Positions 36,905 through 46,635 are shown, counted from the stretch's first letter. The stretch: DNA of 64,000 nt from Nitrososphaerota archaeon (GCA_033581555.1 JAVQSZ010000002.1:70065-134064); one strand, 5' to 3'. Notes: generated by a model not told the origin, from the sequence alone. A program made the numbers and translations.

Positions 36905-37885
36905 TCACGCCGTTAAAGCAGAGATCACCCTCAGCGGCGTCCTCATTATCGAGACGAAGCCCTCGAGCTTGATGCCCCTCGCGATCCCGAAGAGCTCCTC
37001 CACCTCTCCTGGAGTCAGAGGCACGTCGGCGGAGTGCGCGTTGAGCTCGGCCTGTTGGGGCGTCTTCACGCCCGCGATCGCGACGACCTTGTCCCTCTCC
37101 ACGAGGGCCCTCAGCGCGATCTGTGAGACCTCGCACCCGTACTTCCTCGCCAGCTCCCTCATCCTCTCCAGCAACGGCTCGACCCTGCGGAGGTTGGTCC
37201 CGTCGAAGAGCCTGTTGATGCTCCTCACTAGGTCCCTGGGCCTGTTGACGGCCGAGTACTTCCCCGTCAGGAGGCCCTGCGCCAGGGGACTGTAGGCGAG
37301 GACCGTCACCCTCTCGCCGAAGGCCCTGAAGTTGCTCTCCGCCGCTCCCCTCTCCAATAAATTGTACTTCACCTGGTTCGAGACGATCTCCGCAGACCTC
37401 AGGTGCTCCTGGGCCTTTGCGAGCAGTCGCGGTGGGAAGTTGCTGACGCCGACGTACCTGATCTTCCCCTCCCTCAACAGCCTGTCCATCGCCCTCATCG
37501 TCGACGATATCGGGACGAACGGGTTCGGCCAGTGGACCTGATAGAGGTCTATGACGTCCACCCCGAGCCTCTTCAGGCTCCGCTCGCAGGCCTTGATCGT
37601 CCCGTCGTAGGTGGCATGGGTCGGCCAGACCTTCGTCGCTATGAGGACCGAGTCCCTCATCCCCTTGATCGCCCTCCCGACCACCTCCTCTGACCTTCCG
37701 CCGCCGTAGATCTCCGCGGTGTCGATCAGGTTGACCCCGAGCTCGATCGACCTCCTTATGGCCTGGATCACCTCCTCCTCTCCGTAGCCCCTCCCCCAGC
37801 CCCACTCCCTGCTCCCGATCTGCCAAGTCCCGACGGCGATCACCGAGACCCTCTCGGACGACCTCCCGAGAGTCGTGTACCTCAC
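36905..37885 (-). CDS. Aldo/keto reductase
   Basis: ORF track 36905..38356. The first 157 codons are R/G-rich low complexity overlapping the upstream membrane-protein gene. The conserved AKR N-terminus VRYTTLGRSSERVSVIAVGTWQIG starts at a GTG at 37885. Later IDTAEIYGGG and GVSNF. Confidence 0.8.
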   Translation of the reverse strand: MRYTTLGRSSERVSVIAVGTWQIGSREWGWGRGYGEEEVIQAIRRSIELGVNLIDTAEIYGGGRSEEVVGRAIKGMRDSVLIATKVWPTHATYDGTIKACERSLKRLGVDVIDLYQVHWPNPFVPISSTMRAMDRLLREGKIRYVGVSNFPPRLLAKAQEHLRSAEIVSNQVKYNLLERGAAESNFRAFGERVTVLAYSPLAQGLLTGKYSAVNRPRDLVRSINRLFDGTNLRRVEPLLERMRELARKYGCEVSQIALRALVERDKVVAIAGVKTPQQAELNAHSADVPLTPGEVEELFGIARGIKLEGFVSIMRTPLRVISALTA

Positions 37886-38229
37886 GCACCCCCCGACCTC
37901 CTCAGGACGAGCCTCAACGCGGTGCTCAAAGATATCGCGGCTGCGGCCGTCACGGCGAAGTAGACGACCGCGGGAAGCGAGACGAGGACGACAGTCGGCA
38001 GCCCAACGACTGCAGAGAGCAGCTCGGCGAGCCTGAAAGACTTCGGGTGCGAGAGGGTGGAGAGGAGCGCGACGACGTAAGGCAACGTCCCGACGGCCGC
38101 GAACGGGATCGCGTGAGCCCTCCTCTCGAGCAGCGACCCGCCGATCAGTCCGGTGATCAGGGCCGCGACCGCCCAGAGGCCGGAAGGCAAGATGATCAGA
38201 GCCAAGGCGCCGACTGGAACGCCGATCAT
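37882..38229 (-). CDS. Small integral membrane protein (about 115 aa, 3-4 TM)
   Basis: Internal Met MIGVPVGALALIILPSGLW... of ORF 37882..38349; hydrophobic throughout; 4 nt overlap with the AKR start. Confidence 0.45.
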   Translation of the reverse strand: MIGVPVGALALIILPSGLWAVAALITGLIGGSLLERRAHAIPFAAVGTLPYVVALLSTLSHPKSFRLAELLSAVVGLPTVVLVSLPAVVYFAVTAAAAISLSTALRLVLRRSGGA

Positions 38230-38258
38230 CGGAAGGATGCTCCTCGCCCTCAACCCGG

Positions 38259-40799
38259 TCACCCGCTGATCGTGAGGACCATGAGCCTCTCCCTGACCTC
38301 CTCCGGCCTCCTCGGGACCTCCAGCAGGTGATACCTGTAACCGTACCACTCGTCAAATGAGTCGGAGTAGAATTCCGAGACCGGGCTCTCGCTCTGGCCT
38401 CCAGGATAGACTCCGTACGCGATCGGCCTCCCGTCTACGAAGGTCACGACCATCTTCCAGCTCGGGCCCGTGGTGACGTAGACCTTCCTCTCGAGTACAC
38501 GGAGGTCGTACGGGAACCCGGCGTTCATCAAGGTTCCCGAGGCTCCGTCGTGGGACAGTGGCCCGATCGAGAACGCGTCGAGCGAGCTCAGGTGTCCGAC
38601 GCGGAGCCTGTGTATCCTTCCCCAAGTCCACCCTCCCGGGTCCGGCCCGAGGTTCGCCCTCAACCACTCGACCGCCCTCGAGAGCGCGGACCTCGCGACC
38701 CTCCTCAGGTCTCCCCCGAACCAATAACTCTGGGGCTCGTTGTGGATCAGCCAGACCATCGTCGACTCCAGGGGCAGGTAGCTGCTCGAGAGCCCCAGCT
38801 CCCTGAACCTGGCCGCGAAGGACTCCTCGTAGAGCGCTGAGAACCAGGCCCACCATATCGCCGGTGCGACCGAGTCCCTCCTCATTTTGTAGTCCCATCG
38901 CCGGAGCTCCTCAAGCGCGCGCCTCTCGGGATCCGTCAGCCCCTCGAAGCCTGCCGAGAGCTCGAGCAGCTTGGGGACCATCGAGGCCGCGAACCAGAGG
39001 TGGACGTCGTTCTGGTAGGCCATGAAGTCCTCAATTGAATGGGAGCCCTTCGATGCTAGGAGAGCGTGTATCCGCTGGGCCCTAGCGCCGGGGTCGTACC
39101 ATCCCGCCAAGATATAATACGGATAGAGTCTCCCCGCGGTCTGCTGGTTCGGTGCGGCCGCGAAGCCCCTCGCCGGGTTGATCGTCATCGGGACGTGCTC
39201 GTAGGGCACGAAGCCCTCCCACTCGTGCGCGCCGGTTCCGTTCAGAATCGACCTGGAGCCTATCACCTTGATCGACTCGCCGGTCGGAAGCCTCACGGTC
39301 CTGTAGGGGAAGAGCCCGGGGACGACGATGCCGTAGTTCCCATGCTTGTCGATCACAGCCCAGTTCTGCGACGGCACGTCCCAGTACCTCAGCGCTTCAA
39401 CGACCTCGGCGAGCGATCTGGCTCTCATCACCCTGTAGGCTGCGACCGACTCGCGCGTCACTCCGGAGCCGTCGTCGTTGAACCCGGAGATCGCGGTCCA
39501 CTTCATCGAGACGTACACCCCGTTGTGGTGGAAGACCGGCCCGTGGACCGTTAGGTTGACGGTTATGACCCTCTCGCCTCCTCCCCTGACCCTGATCGTC
39601 TCCTCGAGTCTCCTCATCTCCCTCCACTCGCCCTTGAAGGAGTACTGGTTGCCCCTGACTTTCTCGAGGTAGAAGTCTGTGACCCCGATCTGCGAGTTGG
39701 TGAGGCCCCACGCGACGTGCTCGTTGAACCCGATGATCACGAACGGCACCCCTGGGAGAGTGACTCCCCTTACGTTCAGCTCACCGGTCACGAGGTGAAC
39801 CTCGTACCAGACCGAGGGGAGGTTCAGCGATAGGTGGGGGTCATCTGCGAGCATCGGCCCGCCAGTCGCGGAGAGCCTCGGCGAGACGACCCAGTTGTTG
39901 CTACCGACGTCGAGCCTTCCGAAACCCGCGAGGCCCGAGATTGAGTTGATGAACTCGAAGAGCCTACCCGCGAGCTCCTTATCTGTGAGGTCTACGCCGG
40001 TCGCCCACTCCTCGAACCAGTTGAGCCTTTCGAGGAGGTCCGGGTCCGCGCCGAGCCTGAGCCTCCCGATCGAGCCGTCCCCGGGGACGACGGTGACGTT
40101 CTCGATGTAGTAGTGCCTTACTGGGTAGAGCTTCATCGCCTCAGAGGGTCCCAGCTTGACCGCGAGGGCCGTTAACAGCAAGGGGTACCAGAAGCCCGTG
40201 AGCGTCCAAGCCATGAACCTTGCCCATACGAGGGAGTCCTCAGGCCTCCACGGCTCGGGCTCGTAGTTGAGGAGCTTGAACATCAGGGGCAACTTCCCCG
40301 AAGTCCTCATCTCCTCGATCGCGGCGTTCACGCCCTCCGAATACGCGACCAGGACCGAGTGGACCTCAGGGTGGTTCGCCCTGAGCCACTCCGCGGTCGC
40401 CTTCGCGGACCTGTGAAGGCCTATGACCCTCATCAGCGCGTCGGTCCTCAGGCCGGCCTCCCCGACGATCTCGGAGAGCCTCCCTGAGGCCAGCCTCCTC
40501 TGCACGTCCATCTGCCAGAGCCTGTCCCTCGCGTGGACGTAACCTAGGGCCCTGAAAGCGTCGAGCTCGTCGGCGGCGTAGACGTGTGGAACAAGCCTGC
40601 CGTCGTAGACGACCTTCACCTGCGACCTCAGGCCGGGGAGCCTCACGATCGCGTCCGAGACCCCAACCCTCTCGAGCTCGGTCCAGACGCCCTTGATCGG
40701 ATGGAGGACCGCGAAGGGCCCAGACACCAGGATCAGCAAGACGGCTATCGTCGCGGACAAGACGGCTATCGATAGATCTCCGAGGACGCGCCTGACCAT
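38259..40799 (-). CDS. Penicillin-acylase-family Ntn hydrolase (peptidase S45), N-terminally membrane-anchored
   Basis: 846 aa. N-terminal TM helix. Beta-subunit nucleophile region GSNNWVVSPRLSATGGPMLADDPHL ... VPFVIIGFNEHVAWGLT closely parallels the SNMWVIG...GPQFGW...GHN region of penicillin G acylases. Confidence 0.75.
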   Translation of the reverse strand: MVRRVLGDLSIAVLSATIAVLLILVSGPFAVLHPIKGVWTELERVGVSDAIVRLPGLRSQVKVVYDGRLVPHVYAADELDAFRALGYVHARDRLWQMDVQRRLASGRLSEIVGEAGLRTDALMRVIGLHRSAKATAEWLRANHPEVHSVLVAYSEGVNAAIEEMRTSGKLPLMFKLLNYEPEPWRPEDSLVWARFMAWTLTGFWYPLLLTALAVKLGPSEAMKLYPVRHYYIENVTVVPGDGSIGRLRLGADPDLLERLNWFEEWATGVDLTDKELAGRLFEFINSISGLAGFGRLDVGSNNWVVSPRLSATGGPMLADDPHLSLNLPSVWYEVHLVTGELNVRGVTLPGVPFVIIGFNEHVAWGLTNSQIGVTDFYLEKVRGNQYSFKGEWREMRRLEETIRVRGGGERVITVNLTVHGPVFHHNGVYVSMKWTAISGFNDDGSGVTRESVAAYRVMRARSLAEVVEALRYWDVPSQNWAVIDKHGNYGIVVPGLFPYRTVRLPTGESIKVIGSRSILNGTGAHEWEGFVPYEHVPMTINPARGFAAAPNQQTAGRLYPYYILAGWYDPGARAQRIHALLASKGSHSIEDFMAYQNDVHLWFAASMVPKLLELSAGFEGLTDPERRALEELRRWDYKMRRDSVAPAIWWAWFSALYEESFAARFRELGLSSSYLPLESTMVWLIHNEPQSYWFGGDLRRVARSALSRAVEWLRANLGPDPGGWTWGRIHRLRVGHLSSLDAFSIGPLSHDGASGTLMNAGFPYDLRVLERKVYVTTGPSWKMVVTFVDGRPIAYGVYPGGQSESPVSEFYSDSFDEWYGYRYHLLEVPRRPEEVRERLMVLTISG

Positions 40800-40847
40800 C
40801 GAATACGGGAGGAGCGTTCTTGGAAATAAAGGGGATTGATTGGTGCC

Positions 40848-41447
40848 TCAGAGGGGCGTGGTCGCGGTCGGTTGGGCGGGCTGCGGAGGCGACTCAGGTA
40901 TCGAGAAGAACGCGACTATCTGCAGGATCTCTGCGATCAGAATCAGAATGAACCCCACTAGAATTATGCTGAGGAGCGCGCCGTAGAAGTACAGCTTTCC
41001 CACGGTCCCGAACATGGGAACATTAAGCCTGGAGTTGATCGCGTCGTAGCCGCGCCGTAGAAATCTGGCTGAGAAGATCATGACGAGCCAGAACGCGACG
41101 AGGCCCACGATGAACACCCCGAGCAGCTGCGAGAAGAACGCAAAAGGATCAGCCGGCGCTCCCGGACCTAGTCCTCCCCCGAGGATCGTGAAGAACAAAC
41201 CAAAGCCGAGGAGCAGCCCCGCGACTACCGACCCGATGATTGCTAAGATCACCGCTGTCAGGACGTTGTTGAAGATTGTCCTATCGTTCACGGCCTTGGA
41301 GACCCTGTCGACCGCGATCAGTATGAGGACCCACCCCACTATCGCCAGCACAAACCCGACCGAGGGCACGAGACCCAGGACGACTAGTATCGCTCCGATC
41401 CCACCAAGCGTCTTTGCCTCCGAGAGACTTTGCACGGCTGGCCTCAA
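40848..41447 (-). CDS. Integral membrane protein (4-5 TM), function unknown
   Basis: 199 aa; hydrophobic segments separated by short loops; P/Q-rich C-terminal tail. Confidence 0.5.
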   Translation of the reverse strand: MRPAVQSLSEAKTLGGIGAILVVLGLVPSVGFVLAIVGWVLILIAVDRVSKAVNDRTIFNNVLTAVILAIIGSVVAGLLLGFGLFFTILGGGLGPGAPADPFAFFSQLLGVFIVGLVAFWLVMIFSARFLRRGYDAINSRLNVPMFGTVGKLYFYGALLSIILVGFILILIAEILQIVAFFSIPESPPQPAQPTATTPL

Positions 41448-41504
41448 TTCCGTTGATTATTAACTGTTTAGCAAAAACGCGTTCGACTATGAGGGTTAAC
41501 ACCG

Positions 41505-41843
41505 TCAACCTCGGGCGCTGCCCAATAGCCTCGCGAGCTCCTGAGCCTCGAGGACGTTCCCTTGGACCCTGAGCTTGCCCGCGAAGAAGAGCTTGAACGG
41601 GTCGGCCTTTCCCGTGAAGACGTCGACGAGGTCCTGCGAGGACGCTATTATGGTCGCGACAGGGTTCGGCCCTTCTCCCGCTGCGGCCTCGAGCGATCCG
41701 GGCTTGACGTGGAGGTAGAACGGACCTCCGTCCGTGGGCTTGAACTGGAAGACCTTCTCCGCCTTAGCGAGGCTCGCCATCAGACTCGGGTTGGCAGAGA
41801 CCCTGGAGACGAGGTCGCGGAGGGAGTCTAGAGGCGCGCTCAC
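41505..41843 (-). CDS. SCP2 (sterol carrier protein 2)-like lipid-binding domain protein
   Basis: 112 aa; C-terminal FFAGKLRVQGNVLEAQEL is the typical SCP2 signature. Confidence 0.65.
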   Translation of the reverse strand: MSAPLDSLRDLVSRVSANPSLMASLAKAEKVFQFKPTDGGPFYLHVKPGSLEAAAGEGPNPVATIIASSQDLVDVFTGKADPFKLFFAGKLRVQGNVLEAQELARLLGSARG

Positions 41844-41982
41844 GTTATAACACGTAGGTAGTGATTATTAAATCGTTCAGCCGAGCGACTACACGGAGCG
41901 GCCTTACCCGTTTGGGTCAGATCTCCCTCGATCGCACAGTCACGATCGATGGACACCGGTGTGGCCGTCACGCATCCTGCGG

Positions 41983-43056
41983 TCACCTCGAGAACCCGAT
42001 TCCGTCGCAGGTTATCCTCGCGCCCCGGTCGCCGAGGGACTCGACGTCGAACCTCGCGCCTATGACCCTCTCCGCGATGAAGACCGCTGTCTCCGTGTGG
42101 CCTGTCAGCTCGGTCACCCTGTAAGTCGACCTGCCGTCCGCGAGGGCGACCCAGATCACGAGCTGGTCCCCGAGGTGGCTGTCGACCGGCGCGCCTGTCC
42201 TCAGCTGCCTCGCGCACTCCTCGACCGCCCTGTCCGCGACCCTCTCCGCAGGAACCCCCCTCTCTCCCAACGAGTCGAACCCCATCGCGAGGCCGTTGTC
42301 GAGCTCGAGGACGACGATCACTCCCGTGCCGGGGTCGAGGGAGCACTTGGGGTGAGGGCTTTGGAGCGCCTCGGTCTCAACGGCGACCTCAGGTACTTTC
42401 AGCCTTTTCAGGCCCTCGGACGCCCTCCTCGCCATCCTCTCGACGATGTGCTCGGGGAGGTTGCAGCTGTACGCAAAGACCTTCGCCCTTACGACCCTCC
42501 CCGTCTCGACATCGATCGGCCGTAGCCTCCTCACGGGCTCGACCCTCGCCCTAACGATCCCACCTCCCCTAGGATAGAAGCCCCTCCTGACCAGCTCGAT
42601 CTCGGCCCTCACGCCCATCCTCCTCAGCGCGGGCATCAGGACCCAGTTCAGGTACTCTACGGGCGGTGCCATAGGGTTGTTCGTCCCTCCCCGGAGCTCG
42701 AGCTCGACGGGGCCGGTCGCGAACGCCGTTACCGGGAGGAGCGACTGGAGCATCAACGTGGTGCTACCGGCGGTTCCCGCGTCGACGACGAACCTCCCCG
42801 ACCTGGGCGCGGAGGGATAGAACGCGACCTCCATCGACCCGACCCTGAGGCCCTCGACCCTGCCCCCGGTCAGCTCCGCGACGCCCCTCACCGCCACCAG
42901 GTGCTGCGGCCTGAGCCCCGGCGGGTTCCTCTTCGCCCTGACGTTCACGACCCTGATCGGCCTCGAGAGCAGCGCCGCGGCCGAGACCGCCATCCTGAGG
43001 ATCTGGCCGCCCCCCTCACCGACCGATCCGTCGATGACGATGGGCTCCACGACCAC
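41983..43056 (-). CDS. rtcA: RNA 3'-terminal phosphate cyclase
   Basis: 357 aa. N-terminal IDGSVGEGGGQILRMAVSAAALL, catalytic His region; RtcA length. Confidence 0.85.
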   Translation of the reverse strand: MVVEPIVIDGSVGEGGGQILRMAVSAAALLSRPIRVVNVRAKRNPPGLRPQHLVAVRGVAELTGGRVEGLRVGSMEVAFYPSAPRSGRFVVDAGTAGSTTLMLQSLLPVTAFATGPVELELRGGTNNPMAPPVEYLNWVLMPALRRMGVRAEIELVRRGFYPRGGGIVRARVEPVRRLRPIDVETGRVVRAKVFAYSCNLPEHIVERMARRASEGLKRLKVPEVAVETEALQSPHPKCSLDPGTGVIVVLELDNGLAMGFDSLGERGVPAERVADRAVEECARQLRTGAPVDSHLGDQLVIWVALADGRSTYRVTELTGHTETAVFIAERVIGARFDVESLGDRGARITCDGIGFSR

Positions 43057-43057
43057 C

Positions 43058-44260
43058 TCACCTCCGAGCGGCGCTGACGATCGAGACGACGTCCCTCGGC
43101 CTCAGCCTGTAGTCCGCCGGGAGCCTCATCTTGCTCCTCGCGTCGATGGCGTAGAGGAAGTTCTCCCCCAGCTCTGTGTGGACCTTGTATGCCAAATCCC
43201 TGGGGGTCGAGCCCTCCTTCACCAAGTAGACGTCGGGGAGGACGCGACCGTTCGAGTCCGCGAAGGTGCTCGGGTCCTCGACCGGGAAGACCGGGATGTA
43301 CCTCAGGACTTCGAGGTAGACCTTGTCGATCAGCCTCTGGACGCCGGTCCCACCGTTCCGCGCCATGAACTCCGCGACCCTCTCCAGCGCCCTTCGCTGC
43401 TCCGACGTGAGCCTCGCCTGCTCGGTGACCTCGAAGCTCGGGTCGCCGGGCAGGTACTTCACGACGCCCCTCCTCGCCGCGAGCCTCAGGAGCTTCTCGG
43501 CCTCGGCGCTGCAGGCGACGACGTCGTACCCGGCCTCGACCAGCCTACTGATCCCCTCCCTAGCCGTAGGGACGTCGGCCTTGTTGGCCGCTACGATCAT
43601 CGGTTTCGTGAGCCTCCTGAGCGCCCTGACGTAACGCAGCACGTCCTCCCTGGTCCACTTGGAGGGCCTGGAACCGTCGAGGCCCGCGGACTCGAGCGCC
43701 TGCTCGGCGGCCTGCTCGGTAACCCTCAGCCCCGACATCTTCCTCGCGACCTCAGCGGCCATCGTCGACTGCTTCGTCTCCACGACCCTCACGACCCTGT
43801 TCCAGTCCCTCGCGAGGAGCTCGGCCATCCAGAGGTCCATTTCGTCCTCGACCATCCTCACGTCCTCGACGGGGTCGTGCGTCCCCGGCTGGACCGGGTT
43901 GCCGTCGTCGTCGGTCCCTCCAGAGGCGTCCGCGACCACTATCAGCGCGTCGGCCTGCCTTATCTCGTCCAGGAACTGGAGGCCCATCCCCCTCCCCGCG
44001 TGGGCGCCCCTGACGATCCCGGGGCAGTCGATCACCGCGATCGGAACGAACCTGGTCCCGTCGACGCAAAGGGAGTTGTTCGGGTCGTCTTTCACGCCCA
44101 GCTCCCTGCAGACGCAGCTCACCCTTAGGTAGGTGATGCCCCTGTTCGGCTTAGTGGTGGTGAAGGGGAAGTTCGCGGCCGGCACCTCGACCATCGTGAG
44201 CGCGGTGAAGAGCGTGCTCTTGCCGACGTTGGCCTTCCCGACGATGCCGGCCAGCTCCAA
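43058..44260 (-). CDS. ychF: Obg-like ATPase YchF/OLA1 with C-terminal TGS domain
   Basis: 400 aa. G1 GIVGKANVGKSTLF, FPFTTTKPNRG (G2), DCPG (G3), NKAD (G4); C-terminal TGS-like region. Confidence 0.75.
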   Translation of the reverse strand: MELAGIVGKANVGKSTLFTALTMVEVPAANFPFTTTKPNRGITYLRVSCVCRELGVKDDPNNSLCVDGTRFVPIAVIDCPGIVRGAHAGRGMGLQFLDEIRQADALIVVADASGGTDDDGNPVQPGTHDPVEDVRMVEDEMDLWMAELLARDWNRVVRVVETKQSTMAAEVARKMSGLRVTEQAAEQALESAGLDGSRPSKWTREDVLRYVRALRRLTKPMIVAANKADVPTAREGISRLVEAGYDVVACSAEAEKLLRLAARRGVVKYLPGDPSFEVTEQARLTSEQRRALERVAEFMARNGGTGVQRLIDKVYLEVLRYIPVFPVEDPSTFADSNGRVLPDVYLVKEGSTPRDLAYKVHTELGENFLYAIDARSKMRLPADYRLRPRDVVSIVSAARR

Positions 44261-44329
44261 TCCGACTGACGTGGTCCTCGCCGCTATTAGGGGATCCCCT
44301 TTATCAATGGGGCGGGCAGAGGGTGCGCG

Positions 44330-44518
44330 TTGAGCCCGAAGGCCCTGGTGCTGCTGACGGCTGCGGTCGTCACCGTCCTCTCGCTGCTCGGGACCTTCCT
44401 CTACGGCGTCGTTGCGGGCCTCAGGGTAGCCCTCCGGTTCCTCCTGCCCCTGTTGGTGATCGCTGTGGCCCTGATGCTCCTGGTCGCGCTCCTCTCGAGG
44501 CCGAGGGAGGAGGACTAG
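44330..44518 (+). CDS. Possible small membrane protein (62 aa, two TM)
   Basis: Short hydrophobic ORF in the tiaS-ychF intergenic region; no supporting motif. Confidence 0.25.
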   Translation: MSPKALVLLTAAVVTVLSLLGTFLYGVVAGLRVALRFLLPLLVIAVALMLLVALLSRPREED

Positions 44519-45804
44519 ACCGCGCAGGCGTCTGACCCGCTAGATGCCTGCAGCCAGAGAGGCCTGACCAGGTGCCGCCTCGCCGAGACCGCGACCTCGT
44601 AGACCCCCTCCCTGACCTCCCTCTCGACCCTCACCCTGACCTTCGTCGCGTTAGGGTCGACCCTGCCGCAACCCTTGCACCTGTATCCCTTCCCGGAGCC
44701 CACGGACTTCATCGCCCTCCCGCAGTCCTGACACCTAGGAGCGCGCTCCGCGTACACATCCCTCAGCCTGATGACCTCGAGCTTCTCGAGGTTCAGCGTG
44801 AGGCCCTCCGGCTTCGGCTTGACGGCGCCGTAGACCGCGACCTCGTCCCCGACCTCGAGCCTCTCCACGACCCTCCTGAACTCACCAGTCGGCTCGTAGG
44901 CCGCGACCGTGATCTCGCCGGTCCCGTCAGAGACCTCCAGCAGGACGTGCCCTCCTGGGATGACCCTGGGCCTCCCCGCGACTAGGCCCCTCACGACGAC
45001 TGACTCGAGGGGCCTGACCGACTGGACCTGCCGCTCGACGTAGTGGATGTCGGTTGCCTGGTTAGTCCTGTAGACCTCGAAGAACTCGATCGGCTCGTTG
45101 ACCCTCAGCAGGGTGAGCGCGCCAGTGAGGACGTCAGCGCGAACCGACCTGATCCCGAGGAGGACCGGACACGGCGTGTGGGGCGTGACCCTGACTTCGC
45201 CCTTCTCGTAGTCGTAGTTGTCGAAGGTGACGCCGCGGTAGGCCCTGTCCATCTCCTTCACCGACTCGGGGTCGACCAGCCTCTCCTTCCCCCACATCTC
45301 CCTGGTCCGGTAGGCTAGAAGCTCGAACGTCGAGAGGGTCTCCTTCACCGCCCCCGCGGCCGCCGTCGCACCGATCAACCCCCTCATCTCGCCGTAGCCC
45401 CAGTGCGCGATCGCAAAAGTCCGGACGAGCTCCATCGCCTCCTCGAGCTCAACGATCTCCCTGACCGCCCTGAAGTAAAACCGCCGGAGCCCGGGCCTAG
45501 CGTCCTCCCCGAACGCCACGACCCCAGGGTCGGCCCCGCTCTCCAGGTCCGCGAGCTCCTCAACAGTCTCGATAACGGCCCTCCAGACGTCCCCGAACAC
45601 GGAAGGGTCGACCTCGAGGGGCAGGCAGACGGCCGCGTTCCCCCTCGTCTTGTAGGGGCAGTTCGGGTTGAGCCTGACCAGCCAAGGGTGGTCCAGCCTC
45701 CTCGCCCCGAGGGACTCGGCCCTCCTCAGCGCCACCGCTCCGACGTAGGTCGTGCACATCGACCTCTTGGAGTCGGTGTCGTCGATCCCGACGTAGACCC
45801 TCAC
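44515..45804 (-). CDS. tiaS: tRNA(Ile2) 2-agmatinylcytidine synthetase
   Basis: 429 aa. N-terminal MRVYVGIDDTDSKRSMCTTY...LNPNCPYKTRGNAAV is highly diagnostic for TiaS. C-terminal Zn ribbon CQDCG...CKGCG. Confidence 0.85.
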   Translation of the reverse strand: MRVYVGIDDTDSKRSMCTTYVGAVALRRAESLGARRLDHPWLVRLNPNCPYKTRGNAAVCLPLEVDPSVFGDVWRAVIETVEELADLESGADPGVVAFGEDARPGLRRFYFRAVREIVELEEAMELVRTFAIAHWGYGEMRGLIGATAAAGAVKETLSTFELLAYRTREMWGKERLVDPESVKEMDRAYRGVTFDNYDYEKGEVRVTPHTPCPVLLGIRSVRADVLTGALTLLRVNEPIEFFEVYRTNQATDIHYVERQVQSVRPLESVVVRGLVAGRPRVIPGGHVLLEVSDGTGEITVAAYEPTGEFRRVVERLEVGDEVAVYGAVKPKPEGLTLNLEKLEVIRLRDVYAERAPRCQDCGRAMKSVGSGKGYRCKGCGRVDPNATKVRVRVEREVREGVYEVAVSARRHLVRPLWLQASSGSDACAV

Positions 45805-45919
45805 TCCCGAACCTGAGTCCGCCGGCCCGAATTTCAGCCTTCACAGGTCGACGGCTACCCGCTTTCGGCGAGGACCTGCACGGCTTAAAGCGAGCTTCCG
45901 GCCGTGAGGTCAGGAGCGG

Positions 45920-46609
45920 ATGAGCGTCCCGGAGAAGCAGGAGGTGCTGGTCGTGAACGGCTGCGCTCTGCCGAGGATGGCCCTCTACGACCTCGAGAAC
46001 GAGAGCTGGTACCTCGAGGAGGACGACGTCATCAGGGTTGGGGTGCTCCCCACCACGCAGACGAAGTGGGGCAAAGTTACCTCCGTGAGGCCCAAGACCC
46101 CAGGGACCGTCGTTGAGGAGGGGAGGTCGCTGGCGTTCGTCGAGGCTAAGAAGTTCGTGGGACGCGTCAACGCGAGGTTCAAGGTCGAGGTCTTGGAGGC
46201 GAACCGAGAGCTCCTCGAGGTCCCGCACCTCTGCCAGTCCGATCCCTACGGACGTGGATGGATCGTCGAGGTTAGGCCGCTCGAGGCAGGGTACAGGGAG
46301 AGGCTCAGGACGTTCGACGAGGCAGCGGACGTCCTCCGCGAGGAGATCAGGAGCAGGGGGATCATGTGCTTCAGGGAGGTCCCGGACGTCGTGATGGCGG
46401 CCCTGGGGGTCGAGTGCAGCCAGGCGCTGCTAGTCCTGGCCGACGCGATAAGGCATGTCCCTCCGGGGCAGGTGATCCACTTGGTCGCTGAGGCCGACGA
46501 GAACGCTGAGCGGGAGGTCAGGGCCTGGGCGAGGGTCACCGGCAACGAGCTCCTCGAGTTCGCGCTGGAGGGCAGGCTGGCTCACGCGTTGATCAAGAGG
46601 CGTGGGTGA
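45920..46609 (+). CDS. Fusion protein: GcvH-like lipoyl-domain fold (Lys retained) + TusA/SirA-like C-terminal domain
   Basis: 229 aa. The N-terminal ~125 aa follows the GcvH pattern (FVEAKKFVGRVNARFKVEVLEAN..., SDPYGRGWIVEV). The C-terminal ~90 aa resembles the TusA two-layer fold (GIMCFREVPDVVMAAL...LVAEADENAEREVRAWARVTGNEL) but with C-x4-P instead of CPxP. Confidence 0.4.
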   Translation: MSVPEKQEVLVVNGCALPRMALYDLENESWYLEEDDVIRVGVLPTTQTKWGKVTSVRPKTPGTVVEEGRSLAFVEAKKFVGRVNARFKVEVLEANRELLEVPHLCQSDPYGRGWIVEVRPLEAGYRERLRTFDEAADVLREEIRSRGIMCFREVPDVVMAALGVECSQALLVLADAIRHVPPGQVIHLVAEADENAEREVRAWARVTGNELLEFALEGRLAHALIKRRG

Positions 46610-46635
46610 GTCCCTTTCATTAGGGACCGAACGCG

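Noticed and set aside
36897-37889. 330-aa and 483-aa overlapping - strand ORFs across the aldo/keto reductase region
   Set aside because: Only the frame giving the AKR motifs from the GTG at 37885 is credible. The long N-terminal extension (to 38356) and the alternative frame are R/G-rich runs overlapping a plausible upstream membrane-protein gene.
43034-44128. 364-aa + strand ORF antisense to ychF
   Set aside because: Shadow ORF; ychF on the - strand has complete G1-G4 motifs.
44330-44518. 62-aa hydrophobic ORF as a definite gene
   Set aside because: Kept only as a low-confidence feature: it has no motif, and short hydrophobic ORFs arise easily in GC-rich DNA. Listed because it exactly fills the tiaS-ychF gap on the opposite strand.
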